DNA of 64,000 nucleotides from the NCBI GenBank assembly GCA_043228905.1, contig JBHGNT010000009.1:9796001-9860000 (forward strand), given 5' to 3'. The notes under the pieces are model-generated. The model saw only the letters and a list, made by a program, of their open reading frames with translations. It did no database searches and was not told the DNA's origin. This DNA comes from Azolla caroliniana. Its lineage: Eukaryota > Plantae > Polypodiophyta. The position numbers and the translations under genes were made by a program. Shown piece after piece: positions 38,200 through 50,806 of this stretch; position 1 is the stretch's first letter; the number at the start of each line of letters is the position of its first letter.

Positions 38200-41100
38200 A
38201 TGGACGAATCGTTTGGCGGCATGTTCAAGCTCACCGGCTCCAACTATTCAGTGTGGAAGTCGAAGATGAGGGACATGCTTGTGGTTAAAGACCTCTGGCT
38301 GCCGGTTCAGTTCGGGGACAAGAGACCGGACAAAATCGACGCCGCGATATGGGAGGTGATGCACATGAAGACAACGGCGTACATACGGTGCTTCATCGAC
38401 ATGAGCCTGTACAACAACTTCAATGAAGAGAGTAAGGCTCATGAGCTCTGGGAGAAGATCGGCACAATGTTCCCGAACAAAAATGCTGTCAATCAGGCGT
38501 CGGTATTCCGGAAGCTTGTAAGACTCCGGTACCAAGATGGCTCCAGCATGGCGGAGCATATGAATGCCTTCCAGGGGCTGATTCACTAGGCAACGTCATT
38601 GGAAGTACCTCTTGCCGATGAGGTCCTAGCGCTACTCCTGCTCGGTTCCCTCCCGGATAGCTGGGAGACGTTAGTTGTTACTTTGGGCAACGCCGGGCCG
38701 GAAGGAAAACGGCTATCCCTAGCAAGAGTAAAATTGAGCTTGCTAGATGAGGAGGCTCGTCGGAAAGACAAAGATACGAGCTCCGACTCCAAAGCGCTCC
38801 TTACCGAATCGGAACGCGGAAGATAGAGAAACCGTAGTCCCCAGAACCGGGAGAAGTCGGGGACACGATCAAAGTCAAGGGGGAGGCCGACTTGCTTCTA
38901 TTGCGGCAAGCCGGGACACTTCCAAAAGAACTGTCGGCATTTCCGTAAAGACAAGGAAACCGACGGTACCGATTCGAAGCAAACCCCGAACCGGAACGGT
39001 ACAGACCGGAACGGTAAAGACCGGAGGGGTCCGGACCGAAAGGGAACGACGGCAATTGCGGCAAGTGAAGAGGAGTTGATGCTCATCACCGAGGAGAGTG
39101 AGATAAACAATGCCGGCGATGAGATGACCTGGGTGGTAGACTCCGGAGCGTCGTTCCACCTTACCCCGGACCGGAAATGCTTTTCATCCTACTCAGCCGG
39201 TGATCACGGCTGTGTCCGGATGCGGAATGAAGGAACATGCCGAATTGTCGGCATAGGAGACGTGTGTCTGACAACACCAACCGGATGCAAGTTGCTGTTG
39301 AAAGATGTCCGACACGTTCCGGAAGTTCGTCTGAATCTGATATCAGCCGGTCAGCTAGATGATGAAGGCTACACGGGTAGCATCCGGAACGGTGTCATGA
39401 AGTTTAGCAAAGGGAGCCTGATTGTGGCTCGGGCCCGGAAGGTAAGCACACTGTACCTGATGAATGCCCGGTTATGTCCGGAAGAAGTGAACGTGGTTTC
39501 CGACACTGCCGGTGAGCTGTGGCACAAGAGGCTATGCCACATGAGTGAGAAGGGGATGAAGAGGCTTGGAGACGACAACCTCATTCCAGTGAAGAACATG
39601 CACTTAGAGAAGTGCACTGATTGTCTGGCCGGTAAGTAGAACCGGACCTCCTTCCGACCAAGGCCACCGATGAGACGTAATGCACCACTGGAGTTGGTGC
39701 ATACGGATGTCTGTCAAGTAGACACGAAGTCACCTGCCGGAGCGCAGTACTTCGTGACGTTCATAGATGACCACAGCCGGAAGCTGTGGGCCACACCGCT
39801 GAAGACGAAGGATCTGGTGTTATCCGTCTTCAAATAGCTCCACGCGAGAGTGGAAAGAGAAACCGGCAGGAAGCTGAAGGCGGTTCGAGCAGATAACGGA
39901 GGTGAGTACCGGGGGCAGTTCGAGGAGTACTGCCGCTCGAAGGGAATCCGGCTCGAATTTACCGTGCCGAAGACGCCGGAACTAAACGGACTGGCCGAGA
40001 GGATGAACCGGACCATAATGGAGAGGGTCCGGAGTATGCTAGCGCATGCAAAACTACCCAAGAAGTTTTGGGCTGAGGCACTATCGACGGCGACATATGT
40101 GATAAACAGATCACCCTCAGTACCCTTGGACGGAGACACGCCACAGAGAGTATGGACCGGTAAGGAAGTGTCCTACCGGCATCTGAGGGTGTTCGGGTGT
40201 CTCGCGTACGTGCATGTAGCAAAGGACCGGAGAGGAAAGCTAGATCCAAAGACCCGGCCATGCATATTCCTCGGTTACGGTGACGATGAGTTCGGCTACC
40301 GAGTGTGGGACCCGGTCGACAAGAAGGTATTCCGGAGTCGAGATATTATCTTCATGGAGGACAAGACGCTCGCCGACTGGGAGTCGGAGAAGAAGATAAT
40401 GAACCCCGAGTCGACCGGTAAGGATAGACTCTACAATGAGCAGACCCAACCGGCAAGAGACCGGTTAGCACTCGAGGAACCAGCCAGTTACGGTGAGGAT
40501 ACCGAACCGGCAGAAGAAGAAGTAGAGGAAGCTGAGACCGGAACCGGTCAAGACCCCGAATCGGATTCGGATGAAGAGCAAATGGAGGAACCGATTACCG
40601 AAGCCCGAAGTCGTAGATATCCTCTCAGAGAGAGAAGGGCGCCCCGGAGATTTCCGGATGCAGAGCATGTCCTGCTAACCGATGAGGGGGAGCCGGAAAG
40701 CTTCGAAGAAGCGAAGGTTGACGCCCATAGCCGAAAATGGTTAAGTGCCATGCAGGATGAGATGGATTCCCTGCATGAGAACCATACGTACGAATTGGTG
40801 GAGCTGCCGAAAGGAAAGCGGGCACTCCGAAACAAGTGGGTGTTCAAGTTGAAACCGGGAGATGCCGGCAACCCCCCGAGATACAAAGCCAGGATCGTGG
40901 TGAAGGGGTTCCAGCAGAAGAAGGGCATGGACTTCGACGAAATATTCGCCCCGGTAGTAAAGATGACCTCCATCCGGACGGTGCTGAGTATAGCAGCAAG
41001 CATGGATCTCGAGGTAGAGCAGCTGGACGTGAACACGACATTCCTCCACGGCGACCTCGAAGAGGAAATCTACATGCAGCAACCAGAAGGATTTGTGGAG

Positions 41101-42261
41101 AAAGGGAAGGAGCACCTGGTATGCCGGTTGAAGAAGAGCCTGTACGGACTGAAGCAAGCTCCCCGGCAATGGTATCGGAAGTTCGACTCCTTCATGACCG
41201 ATCAAGGGTCCCACAAGACGCAAGCCGATCACTACATGTTTGTGAAGAAGTTCGAAGGAGGGGACTTCCTGATACTCCTCCTGTACGTGGATGACATGTT
41301 GATCGTCGGACGAGACCAAGGCAAAATACGGATGCTGAAGAAGGCTCTCAACCGGACCTTCTCAATGAAAGACCTGGGTCCGGCAAGACAGATGTTGGGG
41401 ATGCACATCATTCGGGACCAGTCAGTGAAGCAACTATGGCTGTCACAGGAGAAGTATGTGACAAAGGTGCTTCACCGGTTCAACATGTTAGATGCAAAAC
41501 CGGTCTGATCGACACTTCCGGTAAACTGCAGGTTGTCCGGCAAGCAAAGCCCGAAGACAGAAGGAGAGAAGGCAGATATGATGAAGATTCCATATGCCTC
41601 TGCCGTCGGGAGCTTGATGTACGCAATGGTTTGTACCCGACCGGATATTGGATACGCAGTCGGAGTGGTGAGCCGGTTTATGAGCAATCCCGGCAAGGAG
41701 CATTGGAACGCGGTCAAGTGGATACTCTGGTATTTGAAGGGCACTTCAAATATGTGTCTCCGATTCGGCACCGGAAAACCTCAACTGGACGGTTTCACCG
41801 ATTCGGACATGTCGGCTGATGTGGATACCAGCCGGTCTACATCCGGGTATGTGATGACATATGCAGGGTGAGCTGTCTCGTGGCAGTCGAGGCTGCAGAA
41901 GACGGTTGCATTGTCAACCACAGAGGCGGAGTACATGGCAGCTGTGGAAGCCGGCAAGGAAATATTATGGATGAAGGACTTCATCGGAGAGCTCGGTATC
42001 CGGCAAGAGGAATACCGACTCTACTGCGACAGTCAAAGTGCCATCCACCTTGCTAAGAATGCGGCCTACCATTCCCGGACAAAGCATATCCAGCGGAGGT
42101 ATCACTGGATCCGGGAAATGGTAGATGACCAGGAGTTCGCACTAACGAAGATCCACAATGCCGAGAACGGGTCCGATATGCTGACCAAAGTGCTGACACC
42201 CGACAAGTTGGACGCATGCCGGAAGAGGATCGGGCTGGAAAGACACCCCATGCCGGAGTGA
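38200..42261 (+). pseudogene. Copia B2 gag-PR-INT-RT-RH polyprotein with in-frame stops
   Basis: CFYCGKPGH, WVVDSGAS, RADNGGEY, YKARIVVKG, LYVDDML, FTDSD, YCDSQSA, SDMLTK. Confidence 0.95.
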
Positions 42262-42271
42262 AGGGGGAGTT

Positions 42272-42911
42272 TGTTGGTAGACAGGTCCCTCCGGATGGGA
42301 AGGGAGAAGAACAGTGCCGACGAACAATGAAACGGTATGGGGAGAACCCGACTTTGGAGAGTCGGATGGTGTAGGCCCGGTATGAACCAGATGAGGAGTA
42401 CCCGACTGCAGAGAGCCGGATGGTGTAGGCCCGGTATGAACCGGATGAGGAGTACCCGACTGCGGAGAACCGGATGAAGCCCATCAAGGCTACATTTGTA
42501 AATAGCCGAAAAGTCATATTAGTATAAATATGACTTAGGGCAAACTTTTAGTGATGTTGTTATTATTAAATTCTTCTTTGTTGGTGCAAGAAGAAATTAG
42601 AGCGCATAACTGTACAGAGAGAGAGAGAGAGAGACGAGGTCGTAGCCTCTGTTGTAACCGCCGCCTGTGGCGAAGATCTGAGAGCACGAGGTCGTTGCCT
42701 CAGTGATCTCACTGTTGTATATTTCTGCATAGTGACAGTTTGCAGCTTGTGGGCTGCCGTGGTTTTTCCCCTACTTTGGGGTTTTCCACGTATACCTCCT
42801 GTGCACCATTTCTCCTCTTTTGTGTCGCGTTTTATTACCTGTTTTTCTGTGTATGAAAAGAAGCTCGGTTGTGGCCGAGCGTCGGACATAAGGAACGTCG
42901 AGTTCCCAACA
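42272..42911 (+). repeat. Copia B2 3' LTR (2 x 54-bp repeat)
   Basis: Direct repeat of 37478-38169 lacking one 54-bp unit. Confidence 0.95.
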
Positions 42912-42916
42912 CAATG

Positions 42917-45900
42917 TCCACCGTGCGATTTTCCTGGTCAATGATGCCTTTGATACCAGGTAGAGTAGTGCTGAATGATCCACATGGAAGGAGAATTTCC
43001 TTCCGAGTAAGTAGTGTCTGTACTTTGTGACACTATATACCATCCCCAAGGCCTCTCGTTCCGTAGTGGAGTAGTTCCGTTTTGCTTTTGAGAGTTTTTG
43101 GGTTGCGTAGTAAACCGGTCGGTACCATTTTGGCTCTGTTAGCTGCATTATGACACTGCCGATTGCAACATCCGACGCGTCGACGAAAACGTGAAAGCTT
43201 TTGGTCCAATCCGGCGGTTGAACTACCGGGGCTTGCGATAGCATAACCTTTAATGCTTGGTATGCTTTTTCTTCGGTGTCCGCCCATTAGAAAGGTACTC
43301 GGTGTACGGCGGCGTGTAATGGTGTAGCAAAATCCGCGAGGTGCCATATCATCCGGCTATGCCACCTTATTTGGCCTAGGAACCGACTTAGGGCTTTTGC
43401 ATTGCTTGGCGCCGGTGCCTCGAGGATTGCTTTTACTTTGTCCGGATCTACTACGATTCCTTCCTTGCTCACCACGTGTCCCAATAAGTTGCCGCTTGCT
43501 ACTCCAAAGACACATTTGGTTCCATTCAAACTCAACCGGTACTCTTGGCACTTTTCTAAGCACAACCGCAGGTGATCGAGATGTTCCCCATGTTAGTTGT
43601 AGACCGCGAAATCATCGAGGAATACCTGCATAAACCCGGGAATGTATTCCCCAAAGATTTCCATTATTATACGTTGAAATGTCGTTGGGGCCGTCTTTAA
43701 CCCGAACATCATCACGACTCCCACGAACACCCCCCATTCTGTGACGAACGTCGTTTTCTCCTGGTCAGCTGGGTTCATTCGGATCTGGTTGTACCCACTG
43801 AATCCGTCTAGGAAACTGTAGACTTCATGGCCGGCCACCGCATCTAGTACTCCGTCCGTAAACGGTAATGGAAATGCGTCAATCACTGTTGCGGCATTCA
43901 ATTTCCGGTAGTCCACGCATACCCGGATCTTGCCGTTCTTCTTTGGAACGACCACTATCGGGCTTAGCCAGGTCGCCTGCTTTACTGGTCGGATGAATCC
44001 GACCCAGAGTAGCTTGTCGATTTCCTCCTTAACCTTCGCCGCATAGTTCGGGTTCATCCGGTATCTTCGTTGGGCTACTGGTTTCGTGTCTGTACTCAGA
44101 TGAATCTGGTGTTGGTACAGCTGGGGGTCTAGCCCTCGCATGTCTTCATACGACCATGCGAATACGTCGCGGAAATCCGTTAGTAGCGCCACCATTGCCT
44201 TCTTTTCCTCGTTTGGCAACTCTTTGGCCACATTGACCAGTCTGGGCTTGTCCGTTGTACCGAGGTCCACCTCCTCCACCTGGGATGCCTTCACCCTCTG
44301 AGATATTGTCATTTCTCTTTCTAATGACTCTTGTGCCTGACGCAGTTCCCGGATCGCTGCCTGATCCGGTTCGTCCGGTTCCGGCATCGTGATATACGGT
44401 TCTACTGCCGCCGTAATGTCGACCTCAAATAGCTGTACAATTCGTTGGTGTTCCTCCAGGTAGCGATCGACCTCGTCATCTAGTAACCCTTCCAACATAT
44501 TGATACTCTCCGCGTATAATGGGGTTGCTTCTTTGCTCGCGATTGCTCGTGGTTGCGTAGCTACGCGTACCTTTGTTTTTCCACGCCGGAAAGTGATGAT
44601 GTTCTTTTGCCAGTTCTGTTTAATATGGGCCATTCGTAGCCATGGTCGTCCCAGCAGCAGAGGATACACTCCTTGCACGTTCAGCTGAAGCACGACGGCC
44701 AATATGCTGAATACGTGGCTTCCGATTGCGACCTCCAGGTCCCGGATAAGCCCGGTCGGTCGGACTGAGCTGGTATTTGCCATCCGTAACCAAAAAGGAC
44801 ATGGTTCCCATTCCCGAATGCCCAGGTTATCGCATGTTTGTCGGTTGATGACGTTTACTCCTGATCCCCCGTCAATGATCGTTTCGGCGATCTCCTTCCC
44901 TTTCACAATTGTTGTGATTGCTAGGCTGCTTGTGTCTACCACTGTTGGTCCTTCTTCCGGATTGGAGAAAAATGCCGGTGCTGATGTCGGCTTCGGTTTG
45001 ATGACGGCTGTCTGTAGATCTGCCGTGAACCGAGGTACCAACTGAAGTAGTCGTGCCAATGGCAGCACGATCTGACAGTCCTGGAGTGCTTGCCACGTCG
45101 GGTTTTCTACTAGCTGTGTGATTTCTTCCTCCCTTGGCATGTTCTGGTCTCTTATCTCTACCACATTTTGTTCATTGGCCTTCTTGATCCATTGTGTTGC
45201 TTGCTTCCTAATTGCCTCCTGGGCTTCCCATTCGGCAGCCTTCCCTTTTGACCGGGTCATGACTTGCTGCACATCGGTTACTTCGGCAGTAACCATATTG
45301 ACTGCCGACTGTTTTTCATTTGTCTTGCTTGGGCATTGATTACTGTAATGCCCCTCTTTCCGGTAGTAATAACAGTACACTTTGTGATTGTTACTTGATT
45401 CTGCTCTATCTCCGGTTTGGGAGGTGGGTATAACCCGGCGGTTGTCTTCGTCTTTTCGGTTATCCTGTGCCGATGTTGGGTTGCCATTCCTTGCTGCTTC
45501 CCGGCGTTCTTGTCTTCGGAAAAAGCCTCGCTTTTGATTCCGTTGGAAGTTTCGGTTCCCCTGGCGTTTATCGTCTCTGCGTCGGTCATAGTCCGGGGAG
45601 TCGTCCCGCTCATACCGGTCCCTGCGATAGTCATCTCTGCGTTTGTCGTCGCGGTCATAGTTATCGCGTCGTCGATCAGTATATCTGTCGCCGCGTTCAC
45701 GTTGGTCGCGGTCATTTCTCCGGAATCGATCTTCTTCCGGGTCTTGATTATTGCGCGGTTTTATGTGTCGGACCGGTGCAGCCTGCCGGTTAAGCAAGTT
45801 ATACTCACAGCGGTCCGTTGTATGTGCCCGAGAGTTACAGATCATACACTGTGTGCGCAGAGTGCAGTCGACCGTTGAGTGGCCCGAATTGAGGCATGTC

Positions 45901-46856
45901 GTGCACTGCAGGGCCTGCTGGAACCTCAAATCTTCTTCCTTCGGAAGTGCCCGGTGTAACATCCCCAATGACATGAATGAGATGTTTTTGTCCATTTCAA
46001 GGACCCGATCAATGACCTGGTCCACTATGCTCGTACGGAAGTCAAGGACTCCGCACATTGTTCGTAGTGGTTCTCTTAACGCAGCCAAAAATACTGCTTT
46101 GGCTTCGTCCTCAGGGGGTGCTCTTGTCAATTGGCTGTGTAGGGCCTGGAACCGGATTATAAACTGTGGCACAGTTTCGTGCTCTTCCTGCTGGGTGGTA
46201 TAGAATTGCCCGACCAATTCCCTTTGTTCGACTTGTCTGTGGAAAAGCCGAATGAATTTGGCCTTCAAGGCGTCAAATGTGGCAAAGCTGCCCGGTAAAT
46301 GCTTTGCATGCCATCGGGCGGCCGGTCCTTCTAATGTCATGCCGAATTCGGCGACTTTGGATTGTTCGGCCTCGGCCTCCGTCAATCTTTGAGAAACATG
46401 GTTGGCTTCCCATGTTTGGAGGAATGCGTAAACATGCGCCTCCGCGTCGGGATCATCCCGGTACTTTGTGTACGGACACAGCATCGTGTCGTCCAAATGA
46501 CTCTCCTGCTCTCTCTGCTCTTTCTCAGCGGTTGGTGTCGGTGTCCGATCCTTCGGTTCCTTCGCGGGTGGTGTCGGTGTCCGATCCTTCGGTTCCTCCG
46601 CGGGTGGTGTCGGTGTCCGATCCTTCGGTTCCTCCGCGGGTGGTGTCGGTATCCGATCCTTCAGTTCCTCAGCGGGTGGCGTCAGTATCCGATCCTTCGG
46701 TTCCTCCACGGGTGGTGTCAGTATCCAATCCTTCGGTTCCTCCGCAGGTGGTATCGGTGTCCGGTCAGCCTCTCTTGGTGATTGCCGATCACCGAACTCC
46801 AAGGTTATTTCTTCCGTTGGCTCCGGTGTTAATGAGTCGTCCGACTCTTCTTCCAC
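42917..46856 (-). pseudogene. Element C gag-PR-RT-RH
   Basis: 1087-aa ORF (three zinc knuckles, the third degenerate; IIDGGSGVN; CVDYRKLN; FLDGFSGY; VFLDD), then 43287-43565 and RH FVDASD (42771-43244). Confidence 0.95.
46530..46765 (-). repeat. 36-bp coding tandem repeat (TPPAEEPKDRTP) x ~6 in gag
   Basis: Visible in DNA and translation. Confidence 0.9.
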
Positions 46857-47236
46857 CGGGTCGTTCGGTGTGTCGTGGCTGCTTTTATACCGGGACTCAA
46901 CGCTTTTGCCGTTGTTCGAATCCGACTCTAATGTTGCAAATGCCTCTGCGTCTCTATCGCCACTGGCGAGTGGCTGTAGTATTGATTCCGCCTCCTACAG
47001 GCTTGTTATGCTGCTGCTCTCGTCAGAGAATTGCAGATTTCGGAACTACAACGCTTCTTCTGCGACTCTCCGAAGAGTTCTGGAAAATGACGGATCCTGC
47101 CGGATTTCGTCGGCGGCTTGCTGCAAGGCGTCCCGTCGTTGCTATCGTTCGGCGTATCGTCTCCCTCGTTCGGTGATGTGGTCGCCATTCAGTCTAGACA
47201 TCCATCCCCCGGTTGTTCTCTGCACTTTGCAGGAAT

Positions 47237-47247
47237 TGTGGTTGCCA
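47237..47247 (-). promoter_or_regulatory. Element C PBS, tRNA-Arg(UCG/CCG)-like
   Basis: TGGCAACCACA 6 nt after the 5' LTR, conserved in element D (27661). One mismatch to the recalled plant tRNA-Arg complement TGGCGACCAC. Confidence 0.55.
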
Positions 47248-47253
47248 AAATAG

Positions 47254-47643
47254 TGTTGTGCTACTGGCCGGACTAGCCCCAACACAGGTGTCTTTCCGAC
47301 ACTTCTCCAAAGGGTGGTAAGGTTAGGATGTTAGAACACACACGTGAGATAATTATAATTAGCACAGACGGTAAGACAATACAGACACTAAGATAATTAC
47401 ACAATGGCTAAACTTGTATTACTTCCGTAAACATCATTACAATTCATCGGATCCTTTTATAGGCATCCGACAAGGTTACAAAATGGTGCACTTAGGCAAC
47501 CGGCATCCGAATCGGTCCGGATCCGGATCGGTACAACTGTACCGGATCCGTCCCTCTGAATAATAATCCTACTAATATTTACCTATTATTTCTCTATCCG
47601 ATTCCGGCTTCCCACTTGTCCTTCCTCTTCTGACCGGCCAACA
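47254..47643 (-). repeat. Element C 5' LTR (390 bp)
   Basis: Direct repeat of 30687-31060 with a 16-bp CCGG-rich insertion. Confidence 0.95.
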
Positions 47644-47718
47644 AAAAAAAAACTAAAATTGTGGCCGAAATGCAGAGGCAACCGAAAATCCTAATAGGGA
47701 CAGCTGCCATGGGAGCGT

Positions 47719-49046
47719 TGTCGCGAAAATACGACGAGGATACGCGAACTTGAGGCAGGACCCCGGGGCCTCCGACCGAAGGATAATCACATGTGTGCGT
47801 TTATATTTTTAACAATTAACAGAAAGAAGAAATTTAATAATTTTCATTAACAAAGGAAAAAGAAATTACAATGTGTCCCTAGATTGGGATTTAGAAGTTT
47901 TAGGTTTACTAAGATTAATAGAAAAGAAAAATTAGGGGTTTTGGTAGATATGGCTTCCGTAGGGAAGATTAGGATTAGGTTATATGAGTATTATGGCTTT
48001 TGTAGGGAAGATTAGGGTTTTTGAGTGTTATGGCTTCTGTAGGGAATTTTAGGGTTTATGAGAGTTATGGCTCCCTAAGATAAGGGAGTTGAGAAGAAAA
48101 ATTAAGATAATATGGAGAGTCTTCGTGTAGAAAAAAAAATGGAATAAAAAATGGAGTTCTCTCTTGATCATAGCCTTTTCACTTTTTGTTGCATGACCTC
48201 TACTTTTAGTTGCCTAGCTTTTTCTTTTGGTTGCATGTGACTGTCCACATGACCTTTACTTTTTCCATGAACTCACTTCTTTAGTTGCTTGCGTCCACAT
48301 GGCCTTTACTTTAGTTCTCTTCACTTTTCTTTAGTTTGTTGCATGATCCAATCTTTCGTCCGTCCGCGTCCAACATCGTCCGGTAGCCGGTTCCATTTTG
48401 CTTGCCGGTCAGTTCCGGTTCCGATTTTGCTTGCCGACAGGTTCCGGTTTGCTTGCCGGTTCCGGTTCCGGTTTGCTTGTTGGTTTCGGTTCCGGTTTTG
48501 CTTGCCGGCCGGTTTCCGGTTTTGCTTGCCGGCCGGTTCCAGTTTGCTTGCCGGTTCCGGTTCCAGTTTTGCTTGCCGACCAGTTTCCGGTTTTGCTTGC
48601 CGGCCGGTTCCGGTTCGCTTTCCGGTTCCGGTTCCGGTTTGCTTGCCGGCCGGTTCCGGTTTGCTTGCCGGTTCCGGTTCCGGTTTGCTTGCCGATTCTG
48701 GTTCCGGTTTTGCTTACCGACCGGTTCCGGTTTTAAGGAATTTGGCCACCATCATCCATCAAGACAAAGTGGCCAAAGTGCTCTTAGCACAAATGAAAAA
48801 TGAGGGAGCTCAAGGTGCTTATATAGCCAGGGCGTTAAGTTTCCTATCTATGTGGGATAGTTCTAATTTTCCTATATTCTCAAACTTCATTTTCACATAA
48901 CTTGATATGTATTTCTCCATTTTGTATATAGTAAAATACGTTTTGAAGCTCTTGAGTATATCCATCTTTCTATAGTAAGATACTAATCTAATCTATAATA
49001 ATTATTTCATTATTTTTTTACATAGTGTGTGAAGATTCACACGACA
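47719..49046 (-). mobile_element. Solo LTR of Trp-Gypsy type (1328 bp)
   Basis: TGTCGCG...CACGACA termini, perfect 4-bp TSD GCGT; the GGACC..CGGGG motif is shared with the family's LTR ends. Confidence 0.85.
48381..48733. repeat. CCGGTT/TTGCTTG minisatellite inside solo LTR
   Basis: Irregular tandem of CCGGTT and TTTGCTTG units. Confidence 0.9.
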
Positions 49047-49491
49047 GCGTGTCCGAACAAGCGGCGACAAAGCGGTTTTCTGAGAGTGATCAAACCAACC
49101 AACGGCCGAATGAAGCGGCGGTGACTAGACAGGGCCAATAGAGACGGCGAAGATGTCTAACGACAGCCAGAGAATCACCGGCCAAAACGACAACAAAGCT
49201 GGGATGATGACCTGACAATGCTGCGGCAGGAGAGTGATGGAAAGACGGCCGAACATCAACTGAAGAGTGGAAAGAGTGACCAGAATGTTTGGAAACCGGC
49301 CGGAATAGCCGGACAATGGCTAGAGCAGCCGGAGAGATCGAGGGCTGGACAAATATGGACGAGCGGCCGAAATGCAGCCGCAATGGACAGAGAGCGAATA
49401 AATACCTACTGGAATGGTAGAACACCCCTTTGGTGAAGTGTCTTCCGTAGACACCCTGTGTTAGGCCATTGTCCGGCCCTAAGGATTAACA

Positions 49492-50767
49492 CACTTCGGT
49501 CCACACACTCTACCTCGTTCGAAGTGACTTTCCCCTTCTTCTCATCCTTGAGAATAGTAGACCAAAACTTCATTCCCATTCTAGCATATTCATTTTTATC
49601 TTTCCCGACTCTTATTACGGTCGATGCGGCATAGTGCATCACATCCACATGAATCGCCTCGGCATCTTACATAGCTTTCTTCATTCCCCCTCTTCCGAAA
49701 TTCACCCATAGAGGTCTTCTAGTTTCATTCAAACAGATCATGTTGCTATCCATGTATAAGATATTTTGTAGGGTGGCTTCTCGAAGTCTCGCACAATCCC
49801 TTCTCATGTGGTCCAAGTTGTCGCACCACACACATCTGAAGGGTTCCTTTCCTTTTGGCCCCCAATGATTCATGTTTGCTAACGTGACCGTCTCGAACTT
49901 CTTTGCTAATTCTTCAATGATGTAATCATCAATCTTCTTTTCATCCAGGTTGCTTTGTTTAGGCTGCTCAGCCACTTTTGGTTGTCTCGTTTTTCCCACA
50001 CTCGGCCTTGCCAAGTCCATGTCATCAACCCATCGACGACATTTGTCCAGCCTGTTGCACACTCTCTTCACCGCAGTGCAATTCGTCACAAGGCTTGGGT
50101 GTCATCTTTGAGGAGAGTCCCCATTTCTCATCTATCCTTCATATCCACAACTTTCAAAAAGTATAAAGTTTTGTCCTCCTCAAGCAGCGCTTGGTCTGTG
50201 GTAGGGAGATGACTAAACATCGGTTCAAACTCGTCATACACCCTCAAGGCGCTCATCTTATTATTTTTCTTCTATATCCACTTCATCAAGACATGTCGCG
50301 TCATCCTCGACAAATCCTCGGTCGCGAACTCCGCTAATATTGCTTTTTCGAACTCGCAGCACGTTGTCTTCCCTTCTTGGAGCTCGATGACCTGCCTTTG
50401 GACGTTGTTGGCGGCTACTCGCTGGAAACTCGAGATTTGACGTGCTTCAGACACGTCCCTCTGATACATCTCCCTTTTGTACGCATCAAGGAACTCTGTA
50501 AGGTTCCTTCCATTAAATTGACCTATGACCTCCACGACGCGGTCGACAACCTTCTCCACACTCGCATCATTGTCCCGAGATCTCATCATTTGTTCAACGA
50601 TTATCATCAATCTTTCCAACTCTCTCGCTTGATTGCTTGGGGATTCCATCTCCAAGTATCAGTCGATCCTCGCCTTGATCCTTCCTACCGCTTCTTTCTA
50701 TCATGAGAGAGAGAGAGAGAGAGTATTGTCAAGACAAAGAGAGTGAGAGGTAGAGATAGAATGAGTA

Positions 50768-50806
<39 letters not shown>

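Larger units (their letters stand above)
36030..42911 (+). mobile_element. Ty1/Copia B2, tandem three-LTR structure
   Basis: Perfect 5-bp TSD CAATG (36025-36029/42912-42916). Order: LTR stub 36030-36093, RT-RH 36094-37467, LTR 37478-38169, PBS 38172-38182, full internal region, LTR 42272-42911. Confidence 0.97.
30687..47643 (-). mobile_element. Full-length non-chromoviral Ty3/Gypsy element C with 3' accessory ORFs, interrupted by Copia B2
   Basis: LTRs 30687-31060 and 47254-47643 are near-identical; TSD AAAAA/AAAAA; gag-PR-RT-RH-INT on minus; no chromodomain and no extra RNase H seen. Confidence 0.95.
20212..49491 (+). mobile_element. Gypsy element D (gag-only, internally deleted) hosting T3, element C and a solo LTR
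   Basis: 5' LTR 20212-20475 + 27468-27653 (TGTTA...TAACA), PBS-like TGGCAACCACG 27661-27671, gag 27940-29070. The last ~70 bp of the LTR recur at 49421-49491, and the flanks rejoin T2 gag. TSD is not clean. Confidence 0.75.

Noticed and set aside
30687-47643. Element C oriented on the plus strand with an inverted coding region
   Set aside because: The TATA box, all ORFs and the family-conserved 5' PBS are on minus, and plus has no PPT before the right LTR.
48289-48900. ORFs of 112-203 aa
   Set aside because: Artefacts of the stop-free CCGGTT minisatellite inside a solo LTR.
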